A stretch of 56,239 bases of DNA from a virus (IMGVR_UViG_3300049927_000161:1-56239); one strand, 5' to 3'. Positions 20,178 to 29,547 are shown, counted from the first letter of the stretch. Notes: generated by a model from the letters alone, not told the origin. Made by a program: numbers and translations.

Positions 20178-23100
20178 TTAAAAAATACTTTTCATTTTTA
20201 TTAGCTTTTTTATTTTCGTCTATAGCATTATCTGCTCCTGTTCCGCCACAAAATGGCGGTACGGGTGTTAGTAATGATAATGCAAGTACATTAACGATTA
20301 ACGGCGCTCATCCTTCTACTTTCAATATTACTGGCGATACGAATGTGACGTTCCCAACAAGTGGAACACTGGCTACAACTGGAGAAGTTGGAATTGCAAC
20401 TTTGCAGGATGCGTATGATAACGGAACGGATGGCGCATTAGGCTCTATTCTTCTCAACTCAAACAACTTAAATCCGATTGCTACCTTTAACACAAATTTT
20501 TTACTCGATCAGATTCATTACGCATTAGTGAATTATGTTGATCCGAATACTAATACTCCCTCGCCTTGGGGCATTGATTACCGAGCGGTAATTAGTAACG
20601 GAAATATTAAATCATTCGTTCGTATCGAGGCTATTTCACAAACCCAACTTTCTAGCAGTGAAAACGCAGCGCTCTACGTGATAACAAAAAGTTACGGCGC
20701 GGATGTGACAGCATTAAAAATTGATGGGCAAAATCAGTCTATTTCTTCCGCATGGCCGATGAATATTCCAAACGGCGCTCAGGTATTTCAATCGACACAT
20801 TATGTTACTTCTGACCTCTCTTATGACGGTACGCAGATTGGAACAGTTTTCGTTAGTGATGATGTGGCGGATCATACGGCGACAATTCCTGCCTCGTATT
20901 TTAGCACGAACGCGGACGATTCTTTTTCTGTGCAAACTCGTGCAGTACATTCAATTACGCTCTCTCCCACGGGCGGCGCAACGATCAATGGCTCGTCCTC
21001 CGATTTTGTTATTCCAGCAAATTATCGTGCTGTTGCTCAGTTAGTCAATCCTACAAGCAAAGCTTGGGTAGTCACTTTACAAAGCCCATTGGTAGCCACT
21101 AGCGCAAATACTTTTTCAACTATCGTTGCGCGTGATTCGAGTGGTAATTTTTCTGGCGGAACTTTCTCGGGTATTTTAGACGGATATCTCGCCATAAATA
21201 GTACGTCAGTAAACGCAAATATTTATCCCATTTTATCATCGACGAGCAGCGGAAATAATTCTCCTTTTGTTTCGACAAACTATTCTCTAAATCCATCTAC
21301 GGGAGTTTTAAGTGTTACTGGGGCGCATCTTAGCGGCCTAACGGCTTCGAGTTTAGTTGCTACAGACGCAAGCAAAAATCTCGTTTCAACAAATTTGACT
21401 GGCGATGTGACGAGTAGCGCTGCGACAACAACGCTCGCAACTGTTAACTCAAATGTAGGAACTTTTGGAGACGGAACACACTCTTCTCAGGTTACGGTTA
21501 ATGCAAAAGGATTGGTAACGGCTGCATCAAGCGTTGCAATCACGGGCGCGGCTCCTACCGGCGCGGCCAGTGGAGATTTAACGGGAAGTTATCCTTCTCC
21601 CACACTCGCTACTGTTAATAGTAATGTAGGAAGCTGGGGAACTGCATCATCGGTTTCAACAATTACTGTAAACGCTAAAGGTCTAACAATCGCCGCAGCT
21701 AATACGCCGATCCAAATTTCCGAATCACAAGTCACCAATTTGACTACCGATTTAAATTCTAAGTTGAATTTGAGCGGCGGAACGATGACTGGGGATTTAA
21801 TTTTAAACGCCGATCCCACAAGTTCGTCACAAGCTGTCACTAAAAATTACGTCGACTCAATTGCTGCTGGGTTCAACCAATTTGCGGTTGTTGCGGCTTC
21901 TACGGCTAATTTGACAGGTACGTACAACAACGTGTCATCTGGTCTAGGCGCAACATTCACATTGACTGCAACAGGCGCGTTTAGTCTTGATGGACAATCG
22001 GGAATTTTAAATTCTCAATATCTTTTGAAGGATCAAACGAGCAGTCTTGAAAACGGAATTTACAAACTAACTACCATCGGTGATGTTAGCACTCAAGCTG
22101 TGTTAACTCGCTCTATTGATTACGATACTCCCGCACAAATAACTCCCAGCGATATTATCAATGTGGCTGTGGGTTCTGTTAACGGCGGAATAAGTTATTT
22201 ACAGAATGCAACAGTAGCAACAATTGGGCTCGATGCAATTTCATTTTCTCGCTGGGGTGGACAGTCGATGTCCTATGTGGGTGACGTTTCTGGCAGTGGT
22301 TTTTCACCCGTCACTTTATCAATCGGTTCCGCAAAAGTCTCTAATGCGATGCTCGCTGGAAGTATCGACTCTTCAAAATTAATTGGTTCCGACATCACAA
22401 CAGTTGGAACTATTACTAGCGGCACCTGGAGTGGCTCATTCGGGGCTGTTTCCGGCGCGAACTTAACCAGTCTCACTGCTGCAAATATCTCTGCGGGCAC
22501 GGCGGGAATTAATATTTCTGGAAATTCTGCCACGGTTACTACTAACGCAAATTTAACAGGAGACGTGACCAGTGTCGGCAATGCGGCAACTGTTGTTAAA
22601 ATCAACGGTGCGACATTGGGTACTACTACCGCGACGAGTGGAAACGTGCTCATTGGTTCCGGTACTGTTTGGGACACGCACGCCTTGGGCGGTGACATCA
22701 CCATGAATTTGCTCGGTACAACAACTATCGGTACTAACAAAGTTACTTTTGCTAAATTTCAGCAAGTTGGTGCAAGCAATCTCGTGGGCAACGCGACTGG
22801 CTCACTCGCGAATGCTACGGGAATTTCACTCGGTTCTACCCTGACTTTTTCTGGTGCGGCATTACAAACGCTCGCAATTACCGGCGACGTAACATCCTCA
22901 GCAAATAGTTTTTCGACAACGCTTACAGATAATGCCGTCACGCTTGCAAAAATGGCACAGATGTCTACAGCGTCCTTCCTGGGTCGTAATACGGCAAGCA
23001 CTGGTAACGTCGAGGTATTAAGCGAAGCCACAGCAAAAACGATGCTTAATCTAACAGGAACGAATAGCGGCGATGTAACACTAGCAGGACAAAACTACTT

Positions 23101-23983
23101 ATCTATAAGCAGCCAAGTTATAACTGCAAACGCTGTAGATTTATCCGGTACGAATGCAACCGGCATTTTAGCGGCCGCGAGATTTCCAGCATTAACAGGC
23201 GATGTGACAACATCATCTGGAGCTGTAGCAACAACACTCGCTGCAAACATAGTGACGTATGCTAAGTTCCAACAAGTCGCTGCGAGCAGTTTAGTGGGCA
23301 ATGCAACAGGCTCTCTTGCAAATGCAACAGGCATCACTCTCGGTACGTCTTTAGCTTTCAGCGGTAGCTCACTGAATACAGTTCAAGGAATTCAGACTTC
23401 TGATAGTCCTACGTTTGCCGGCCAAACTTCAAGCGGTACGGGAACGGTGGTAAACACTATCGCTAGTACAACTTCTGGATCATTTAATGAAGCCGCATTA
23501 AACATAGTTCGAAAAGATCAGGCGAATGGATATGCTCAAACGTACTACAAGACTGACACTACCTCGGTATGGCAAACTGGGCTAAGAGTAAACGACGCGA
23601 ACTACCATATCTTAGATGCTGTTAACGGCGTACATCAATTAATAATATCTCAAGGCGCTACAAATACAGGAGTTGCGACATTCGCGGGCAGTGTGAATGT
23701 TGGAAGCGATTTAGTAGTTGCCACGGCAGGGAAAACCGTAAAAATTAAAACAGGCTCAAACGCGTGCATGGGTACAGGCGCGGTTTTATCGTCGGGTTCC
23801 GTTGCTGTTAGTACGACTTGCGCGGCGACTGGCGATGTAATTATGCTTACGAAAACGGCTGCAAGCGGCACAGAGGGTTTTGTGCGATATTCGATTAGTA
23901 ACGGCGTCTCTTTTACTATCACGTCATCGAGCGGATCGGACGTCTCAACATACAGTTGGGTGATTTTTAAAGCAGCTCCTTAA
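20174..23983 (+). CDS. Large Ser/Thr/Gly-rich fibre/adhesin-like protein with N-terminal signal peptide
   Basis: MIKKYFSFLLAFLFSSIALS-A; NGGTG, repeated LTGDVT, GGTMTGDL, VTKNYVD, L.KDQT..ENGIY fibre motifs; internal duplications. Confidence 0.75.
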   Translation: MIKKYFSFLLAFLFSSIALSAPVPPQNGGTGVSNDNASTLTINGAHPSTFNITGDTNVTFPTSGTLATTGEVGIATLQDAYDNGTDGALGSILLNSNNLNPIATFNTNFLLDQIHYALVNYVDPNTNTPSPWGIDYRAVISNGNIKSFVRIEAISQTQLSSSENAALYVITKSYGADVTALKIDGQNQSISSAWPMNIPNGAQVFQSTHYVTSDLSYDGTQIGTVFVSDDVADHTATIPASYFSTNADDSFSVQTRAVHSITLSPTGGATINGSSSDFVIPANYRAVAQLVNPTSKAWVVTLQSPLVATSANTFSTIVARDSSGNFSGGTFSGILDGYLAINSTSVNANIYPILSSTSSGNNSPFVSTNYSLNPSTGVLSVTGAHLSGLTASSLVATDASKNLVSTNLTGDVTSSAATTTLATVNSNVGTFGDGTHSSQVTVNAKGLVTAASSVAITGAAPTGAASGDLTGSYPSPTLATVNSNVGSWGTASSVSTITVNAKGLTIAAANTPIQISESQVTNLTTDLNSKLNLSGGTMTGDLILNADPTSSSQAVTKNYVDSIAAGFNQFAVVAASTANLTGTYNNVSSGLGATFTLTATGAFSLDGQSGILNSQYLLKDQTSSLENGIYKLTTIGDVSTQAVLTRSIDYDTPAQITPSDIINVAVGSVNGGISYLQNATVATIGLDAISFSRWGGQSMSYVGDVSGSGFSPVTLSIGSAKVSNAMLAGSIDSSKLIGSDITTVGTITSGTWSGSFGAVSGANLTSLTAANISAGTAGINISGNSATVTTNANLTGDVTSVGNAATVVKINGATLGTTTATSGNVLIGSGTVWDTHALGGDITMNLLGTTTIGTNKVTFAKFQQVGASNLVGNATGSLANATGISLGSTLTFSGAALQTLAITGDVTSSANSFSTTLTDNAVTLAKMAQMSTASFLGRNTASTGNVEVLSEATAKTMLNLTGTNSGDVTLAGQNYLSISSQVITANAVDLSGTNATGILAAARFPALTGDVTTSSGAVATTLAANIVTYAKFQQVAASSLVGNATGSLANATGITLGTSLAFSGSSLNTVQGIQTSDSPTFAGQTSSGTGTVVNTIASTTSGSFNEAALNIVRKDQANGYAQTYYKTDTTSVWQTGLRVNDANYHILDAVNGVHQLIISQGATNTGVATFAGSVNVGSDLVVATAGKTVKIKTGSNACMGTGAVLSSGSVAVSTTCAATGDVIMLTKTAASGTEGFVRYSISNGVSFTITSSSGSDVSTYSWVIFKAAP

Positions 23984-23989
23984 AGAAAA

Positions 23990-24019
23990 ATTGCGTTGTG
24001 ATATGTATTGCAACGCAAT
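23990..24019. promoter_or_regulatory. Inverted repeat (ATTGCGTTG...CAACGCAAT) overlapping a putative promoter of the beta-barrel gene
   Basis: 9-bp arms; TTGCAA at 24008-24013 with TATAAT/TAATAT at 24029-24036. Confidence 0.4.
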
Positions 24020-24072
24020 CTTAATATATATAATATATTTCCGCGTGTCTAATTTATTAAGGAGGAAACATT

Positions 24073-24780
24073 ATGAAAAAAATTTCTAAATTAGTGTTGA
24101 TATTTTCAATGCTTGAAATTTCTAATGCGGCTCCAATAGGAACCTTTGTCGGCTTTGACGCGGGCTATTCCGTTATTGACACGGACAAGCATAATATTTT
24201 CAATGCAAATAAAAATCCCGCTAGCGGTGACGATTCCATTGCTGTTGAGAAAAATATTCACTCAATTGGTGGACTTGGTGAAAGCATTGTGTTCGGTAGA
24301 AATTTTACTGAAAGATTTGGCCTAACCTTAAGAATGGACAACTATGCAGAATCAAAGTACGAACTTAAAGAATGTTCAGTCTATGAGGGAAAATGTCATT
24401 ACACAGCCGATGGAAAATTATCGATTAACGAACAATCTTTAAAAGTTATCGGCAATTTTTATCAAACACTTTTTGGCAAAACACAATTGAGAGCTGATGT
24501 TGGACTTGCAATGTCTGTCCAAGAGATCAAATACTTTAGCGGTAGCGACAATGAAAATTTTTATGTTGAAAATAGCGCTCAAAAGAATGTGCAGGAAGAC
24601 AAGCAAACTATTGCCGTGGCTCCTGTTCTGGGCATTGGTATTGAGCGTGTCTTTCACAATCAATATTCTGTTGGTTTCACATATCAACGAGTGTTTAATC
24701 GATTCAGCCACAAGACAGATGCTGGAGCTTTTCCAGATCTAGAACTTTTTGATATTGAAATAAAATATTTTGTTGACTAA
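24073..24780 (+). CDS. Outer membrane beta-barrel protein (OmpA-TM/Ail/Lom-like 8-stranded)
   Basis: Signal peptide, FVGFDAGYS first strand, alternating strands (LGIGIE, VGFTYQR), C-terminal EIKYF; SD AAGGAGG. Confidence 0.8.
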   Translation: MKKISKLVLIFSMLEISNAAPIGTFVGFDAGYSVIDTDKHNIFNANKNPASGDDSIAVEKNIHSIGGLGESIVFGRNFTERFGLTLRMDNYAESKYELKECSVYEGKCHYTADGKLSINEQSLKVIGNFYQTLFGKTQLRADVGLAMSVQEIKYFSGSDNENFYVENSAQKNVQEDKQTIAVAPVLGIGIERVFHNQYSVGFTYQRVFNRFSHKTDAGAFPDLELFDIEIKYFVD

Positions 24781-24802
24781 TAGCGGAGTTAGTTTATTTT
24801 AG

Positions 24803-24831
24803 TTGCAAATATTATATTTCATATTTATAGT
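24803..24831 (+). promoter_or_regulatory. Sigma70-like promoter for the H1-like peptide gene
   Basis: TTGCAA-17 bp-TATAGT. Confidence 0.6.
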
Positions 24832-24882
24832 TAGTGTGTCTAACTCAATATGACATTTTATTAATTTACACAGGAAATTTTT

Positions 24883-24978
24883 ATGGCAAAAGCACCCGTT
24901 AAGAAAGCAGCTACTAAAGCTCCAGCAAAAAAGGCTCCAGCTAAAAAAGCAAAAGCTGCTACCAAAAAAGCAAAATAA
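24883..24978 (+). CDS. 31-aa histone H1-like Lys/Ala/Pro peptide (not in ORF track)
   Basis: MAKAPVKKAATKAPAKKAPAKKAKAATKKAK*; SD CAGGA; flanked by its own promoter and terminator. Confidence 0.8.
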   Translation: MAKAPVKKAATKAPAKKAPAKKAKAATKKAK

Positions 24979-24980
24979 TC

Positions 24981-25418
24981 CTACTCTGGAAGTTTAGCCC
25001 TGCTTGCAGGGCTTTTTATTTTTTCATACAGACGCAATATTTCTTCCTCAACTAGACCCCAGTATTGTTTATGCTTGCCCAGCAAAAATATTCCATCCAC
25101 TTCCCATACCCTCTTTGTCTTAAGTTCCTCTGCTTTTGAGCCTTCAAAAATGACATGGCCGATATTCCCGACCTTAACGATGATAAGGGCGCAATTGCCC
25201 GTATTGCAATAATTCATTAGCCATTGCGGCTGTGCGGGGCGGAATTTAACCTTACGATCAATTGTCAGTATATATTTTGCTTCTATCCAGCCGTTCCGGC
25301 CGGAAGACGCGGCAAAGTGGTAGTCGGGCATACCGTTGTCTAAACGGTTTTCTACGCGCCATAAATTAACTTCTTCAATATGTTTCTTTAAATTGTGGTA
25401 AATTGTCTTCTCGCTCAT
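24981..25418 (-). CDS. PD-(D/E)xK nuclease (VRR-NUC/resolvase-like)
   Basis: RVEN...GMPD...WIEAK...RPAQ..W; next to the SNF2 helicase. Confidence 0.8.
   Translation of the reverse strand: MSEKTIYHNLKKHIEEVNLWRVENRLDNGMPDYHFAASSGRNGWIEAKYILTIDRKVKFRPAQPQWLMNYCNTGNCALIIVKVGNIGHVIFEGSKAEELKTKRVWEVDGIFLLGKHKQYWGLVEEEILRLYEKIKSPASRAKLPE
24996..25025 (+). terminator. Intrinsic terminator
   Basis: AGCCCTG-CTTG-CAGGGCT followed by TTTTATTTTTT. Confidence 0.8.
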
Positions 25419-25438
25419 TGAGCTATATTAAGTTATTA

Positions 25439-27112
25439 TCAGCACAAGAAAAAGCTTTTATAGTCCTTCAAAATTTCCGTTGAAACTTCTTTTTTGTTGC
25501 GTAAAGCCGTCAAAATTTTGTCGTCCTGAGTATTGTCTGCCACCAAATCCCATACTGTCAGTTGATGTTTTAAGCCCAGTCTATGCGCGCGCTTCTCACA
25601 TTCTTCTCTGAATCTTAATGAATAGTCGTTGTTATAAAATATAATATTGTTTGCGCTTGTTAGCGTGTGTCCAACTCCCAGCGTCCTTGGCTGTCCGATT
25701 AAAAATCTTGTGTTCGGACATTCCATAAATTTTTGCTTAGCGATGTCGCGTTCTTCTTCGCCAATTCCGCCATGATAGCTGACGGCAATGTCGCCAAAGT
25801 ATTTTTGAATTAATTCTAAATCTGCCCTGAATCTTCCAAAAATAATCACTTTTCCCATATTTGTATGGAGTAAAAGATTTACTAGAGCTTGTAACCGACT
25901 AGGCTCTTCTTCAATAGATTTAAAATTTTCAGCGTGCGGCCACCACCCACTTGCGATCTGTTGCAGCCTCATACTTTTAACAATCGCTAGATGAGCCTCT
26001 AATATTTCATTGTATTCTATTGGTTTTTTTAAATCGTTGCTGAACGTAGTGATGTCTAGCTTTTTAAGTTCGTTATAAATGCGTTGTTCTTTTGACGTCA
26101 GATCAAACCACCATCTTTTATAAATAATGGGTTGTAGACCTAACACGTCTTTTTTAAGTCTAAAAATGTAGGGATTGATTAATTTGTAAAGCTTGTCCAC
26201 GTTTTTGTAAGACTTTATTTCATTAAAATAACCAACGACACAATACTCTGCTCTAAAAGCTGTCCACGTTTTATGTCCAATGATTTTCCAATCTAAAAAC
26301 TTAAATTGAGAATAAGACTCTTCCGCGCCTTCCGCCACAGGCGAGCCGTCTAAAATTCTACGATAGGGCGCAAGTGGAGCTAATTTATCAATAATAAATT
26401 TGGTACGTTTTGTCGAATAATTTTTGATACTTGCGCTCTGGTCAACAACTAACAAGCAACGATTTTCTTTAACGCATCTTAGCAAATATTCTTTTCCTTT
26501 TTTAGAAACACATGCTTCAACATTAAACGTCAAAATCTTAAGACCGTCTTTGTGCGTCATCACTTCTTCAAGCAATTCAAGCCGTTTTTTGCTTAAATTT
26601 GAAGACCAATAAGCGTCTTTGTGATTACAGAAATTAGGCAAGTCTAGCGGTATTTCTGTTTTATTCCAATTTCTATGCAACCCGTTAGGCCATGCAATCA
26701 CCACCAACATGTCTATTCTCCCTTGTTGGTATAAATAGGCTGCTGTGTCCAGCGTTAATTTGGTTTTACCCTCACCTTGCCGTAAGAACAACGCAAAAAA
26801 TGCCTCATCGCGCGTCAAAAGGAAACCTTCCGACTGATGAGGCAGCATGTCACGTTTCGGGACATAAGAGGAGTTAATACTTGGAACTTTTTCTTCAATG
26901 AATTTGTTTTTGATTTCAATCGCGTTATCTTCCCATGTTGCATCGGGGAAGTGACGAACAACATACTTAACATTGTCGTTTGAGGCTTTAATGATTAAAT
27001 CGTGCTTGTACCACTTTTTGTCTTGCAGGTTTGAGAGCAATTCAAAATTGTCCCCGTTGAAGTCTATTTCGGTCAACATTATTTCATGTTCAGATATTTT
27101 TTTTATGAACAT
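25439..27112 (-). CDS. SNF2-like SF2 helicase with altered catalytic motifs
   Basis: HQ, GEGKT, DQSA, DGSP, LQQIASG, YHGG, GVGHTL, RAHRLG. Confidence 0.88.
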   Translation of the reverse strand: MFIKKISEHEIMLTEIDFNGDNFELLSNLQDKKWYKHDLIIKASNDNVKYVVRHFPDATWEDNAIEIKNKFIEEKVPSINSSYVPKRDMLPHQSEGFLLTRDEAFFALFLRQGEGKTKLTLDTAAYLYQQGRIDMLVVIAWPNGLHRNWNKTEIPLDLPNFCNHKDAYWSSNLSKKRLELLEEVMTHKDGLKILTFNVEACVSKKGKEYLLRCVKENRCLLVVDQSASIKNYSTKRTKFIIDKLAPLAPYRRILDGSPVAEGAEESYSQFKFLDWKIIGHKTWTAFRAEYCVVGYFNEIKSYKNVDKLYKLINPYIFRLKKDVLGLQPIIYKRWWFDLTSKEQRIYNELKKLDITTFSNDLKKPIEYNEILEAHLAIVKSMRLQQIASGWWPHAENFKSIEEEPSRLQALVNLLLHTNMGKVIIFGRFRADLELIQKYFGDIAVSYHGGIGEEERDIAKQKFMECPNTRFLIGQPRTLGVGHTLTSANNIIFYNNDYSLRFREECEKRAHRLGLKHQLTVWDLVADNTQDDKILTALRNKKEVSTEILKDYKSFFLC

Positions 27113-27342
27113 TATTCTCTCCAGATTATTTCATAACGGTACGGCAAATTATTGCAGGAGTATCCATCGTTGCTGTCAACTTCCAAGCATTGTTTTGTAA
27201 CATAACTTTTAACAACGACTGGAATACAAACATAGTTCATAAACGAATATGTAAATAAAAATAAAACTAATGTGAACAGCAAATATAAAATAATCTGATC
27301 TTGCTTCATAACGTCCTCCATGACCATATTACACCATTCCAT
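27112..27342 (-). CDS. Small membrane protein
   Basis: One hydrophobic helix; coupled to the helicase start. Confidence 0.55.
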   Translation of the reverse strand: MEWCNMVMEDVMKQDQIILYLLFTLVLFLFTYSFMNYVCIPVVVKSYVTKQCLEVDSNDGYSCNNLPYRYEIIWRE

Positions 27343-27348
27343 ATTTAA

Positions 27349-27693
27349 TTAATTCTCCAACACGAGAGAATTTTTCTGTAATATTTTATTAAAACGCGCT
27401 TCTGTAAATGATCCTCTTTTTAGTTCAAATTGCACGGAGAATTCATCACAACTAGCAAGATTACCGACAATGATTTCATTCACGCAGATATTAAAGTCTA
27501 TTCTTAATTTATCATTGAGCCAGAGAGGCAATATTGTAAATTCAGAACCGTTTAGTTTTTCTAAAAATTCTTTTTTACAATTCACACTATTGAACTCTAA
27601 TTCAAAAACGAGCTTGTTAAAAACAGAAAATACTTCAGCGAAAAAATAGGGCTTTAAATTTTGAGTAAGGTCTTCAGATACCATGAATAGCAT
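27349..27693 (-). CDS. Hypothetical protein
   Basis: SD AAAGGA; in operon orientation. Confidence 0.55.
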   Translation of the reverse strand: MLFMVSEDLTQNLKPYFFAEVFSVFNKLVFELEFNSVNCKKEFLEKLNGSEFTILPLWLNDKLRIDFNICVNEIIVGNLASCDEFSVQFELKRGSFTEARFNKILQKNSLVLEN

Positions 27694-27762
27694 AATTTAT
27701 ATCCTTTTTTAAAAACAATCAGAAGGCTTTTTACAAGAGCCAAAACTTGTTTTTTAGCAGAA

Positions 27763-28251
27763 TCATTCCACCAATATTCTTCCTAATTTAACGTCATGTG
27801 CAAGATCAACTAGGCTACCGCCTTTGCGCCTAAAATCTGTGTACGTCATTCCATTTTCTATCAATTCCCACGTGTCCCAGCCATAAGATTTTTTACGGCG
27901 CGGATTATATTCTAACAATTTATATATCCGCTTGCCGTCAAATTTCCCTTTCTTACCCGTGTGGATATAGTCCCCGATTGTGTAGTCGGGCAACTCAATC
28001 AGCTTCTCTTCTGGGGCTAAAAACTCCAGAGCGGAGATGGCCTTGGGCTTAAGCTTAACCGCCTCATCATATTTTATCTGCAAAAGCCGGAACTCGGCTA
28101 TTCGCTCAACAATATTTTTGACAACGTGCTTTTTTCCGTTGACGGCTTCCGTAATAGCAGAAATTTTTATAAAATCTCTGGGAGAAAGCTCATGTATCTT
28201 TATAACTAAAAACTGCTCTTTAACAGTCAGCTCTGACTTGATCGCAAACAT
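27763..28251 (-). CDS. Hypothetical protein with C-terminal NPRR..GM.Y..F...GG...DL..D domain
   Basis: C-terminal domain paralogous to 38583-38870. Confidence 0.7.
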   Translation of the reverse strand: MFAIKSELTVKEQFLVIKIHELSPRDFIKISAITEAVNGKKHVVKNIVERIAEFRLLQIKYDEAVKLKPKAISALEFLAPEEKLIELPDYTIGDYIHTGKKGKFDGKRIYKLLEYNPRRKKSYGWDTWELIENGMTYTDFRRKGGSLVDLAHDVKLGRILVE

Positions 28252-28261
28252 AACTCACCTA

Positions 28262-28516
28262 TTAGTATTTTTTGAAGTTCTGTTGTTTACGATTAAAAAT
28301 ATTGTCGTTTATGAGTCTTTTTTTAATGTTTGGGGCAAACGGCGGACGGATTTTTAGTTCTGCAGCAATGTTAACGATCTCGATTTTCTGCAGCATTTTT
28401 ACTGATAGATCAATGCAGTCCAAAATCACAGAATCGTCTTTAATGGTGCGGCGGAACTCGTCGCTGACGTTAGCTGCAATGCAGTTTGTACGGGTAAGTA
28501 GTTCTTGATATTTCAT
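28262..28516 (-). CDS. Hypothetical protein
   Basis: SD AAGGAGAG. Confidence 0.55.
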   Translation of the reverse strand: MKYQELLTRTNCIAANVSDEFRRTIKDDSVILDCIDLSVKMLQKIEIVNIAAELKIRPPFAPNIKKRLINDNIFNRKQQNFKKY

Positions 28517-28598
28517 TAGGCTCTCCTTGTAATTAAGTCGTATCCTAACCGCATTTTGCTTACGTTTTTATGTTATTGCCAGAGTTATATATATAAAT

Positions 28599-28632
28599 AG
28601 CCTTTCGCCCATGTCCAAAATGGCGAAAGGCT
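28599..28632 (-). terminator. Stem-loop, probable terminator after the HTH gene
   Basis: AGCCTTTCGCC...GGCGAAAGGCT followed by an AT-rich tail on the minus strand. Confidence 0.6.
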
Positions 28633-28643
28633 TACAAGAAATT

Positions 28644-28898
28644 TTATTTACTTTCCTTTGTAGTCATTTTCGTTAACCGAATCTCAAACGCATAGCCCAG
28701 CGCGTGAATATAACGCTTCAAAAATTTGAGCGTAGGCGAATGTAACGCTTGCTCAAACTGATAGAGTTGCTGGGTGTACGTCACGCCAAGACGTTTACAC
28801 ATAGCGGGTGCCTCAACGCTACCGACGCGTATTTCTGCAAGGTTTTTAACCAGTTCAAATTCCTCGTCTTGGTCACTTTTATAAATCAATTTACTCAT
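28644..28898 (-). CDS. XRE-family helix-turn-helix protein
   Basis: LAEIR...MCKRLGVT..QLYQFE...PTLKFLKRYIHALG..FEI. Confidence 0.75.
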   Translation of the reverse strand: MSKLIYKSDQDEEFELVKNLAEIRVGSVEAPAMCKRLGVTYTQQLYQFEQALHSPTLKFLKRYIHALGYAFEIRLTKMTTKESK

Positions 28899-29086
28899 TT
28901 TTTACCCTTCTGTTCTTCCATTAATTTTTTAAGGCCAAGGCGCACCAGCGCATTAACAATGCCGCCAAACGGTCCGACGCAATAACGACGTATGTCTCGG
29001 AAAACGTCTTGATCAAAATACACGAGTTTGCATGTTTTATTTTTTCTTTCGCCGCAGCCAACGCGACGCACAAATAACTTTTCCAT
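28895..29086 (-). CDS. Putative ribbon-helix-helix DNA-binding protein
   Basis: KLVYFDQDVFRDIRRY...GIVNALVRLGL; SD AAAGGA before ATG 29086. Confidence 0.5.
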   Translation of the reverse strand: MEKLFVRRVGCGERKNKTCKLVYFDQDVFRDIRRYCVGPFGGIVNALVRLGLKKLMEEQKGKK

Positions 29087-29139
29087 TTTGTTCCTTTTAT
29101 ATTGTTCATTAATTAGCCAATGCAATATTGACATGGAAC

Positions 29140-29168
29140 ATTATAACAACAAAATTGTTTGCAAACAA
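29140..29168 (-). promoter_or_regulatory. Promoter with overlapping 14-bp palindrome TTGTTTGCAAACAA (operator candidate)
   Basis: TTGTTT-17-TATAAT with TGn extension; palindrome at 29155-29168. Confidence 0.55.
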
Positions 29169-29174
29169 ATAAGT

Positions 29175-29513
29175 TTAATTAATGGTTATTTTTTTAAAGA
29201 ACTCGTCTATTGTCAACTCGCCGTCAACATTGCGAATACTGAACCACTCGTTTGTATAATAATTGCCCGCGCTGTCAACGATGATGATTTTCATGTTATT
29301 GAACGCAGCTTCGATGATTTCCACTTTAAAACGATAGTCAGGATGTATTTTAGGAAATTTTACACCGTACTCTCCTATTGAAAGAACTATTATTCCTAAC
29401 TCGTCCATTTTTCTAATAAATTCAGACAAAAGAAGTTGGAGTTCGTCTACGCTTTTAAAGTCCCAGTTCTCAATTTTTTGAGCAATTTTTAATAATGCTA
29501 GATTGCGTGCCAT
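29175..29513 (-). CDS. Hypothetical protein
   Basis: SD AGGA; follows the promoter at 29548-29575. Confidence 0.6.
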   Translation of the reverse strand: MARNLALLKIAQKIENWDFKSVDELQLLLSEFIRKMDELGIIVLSIGEYGVKFPKIHPDYRFKVEIIEAAFNNMKIIIVDSAGNYYTNEWFSIRNVDGELTIDEFFKKITIN

Positions 29514-29547
29514 GTTGTATATATCCTATTCAATTAATCACAATACT

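Noticed and set aside
293-23922. Many short antisense or alternate-frame ORFs inside structural genes (e.g. 6930-7253, 11794-12219, 15073-15576, 22273-22740)
   Set aside because: Shadow ORFs of well-supported genes, with no motifs or SD.
20174-23983. Diversity-generating retroelement or invertible tail-fibre cassette
   Set aside because: No reverse transcriptase or invertase; the internal repeats differ mainly at synonymous positions rather than specifically at adenines.
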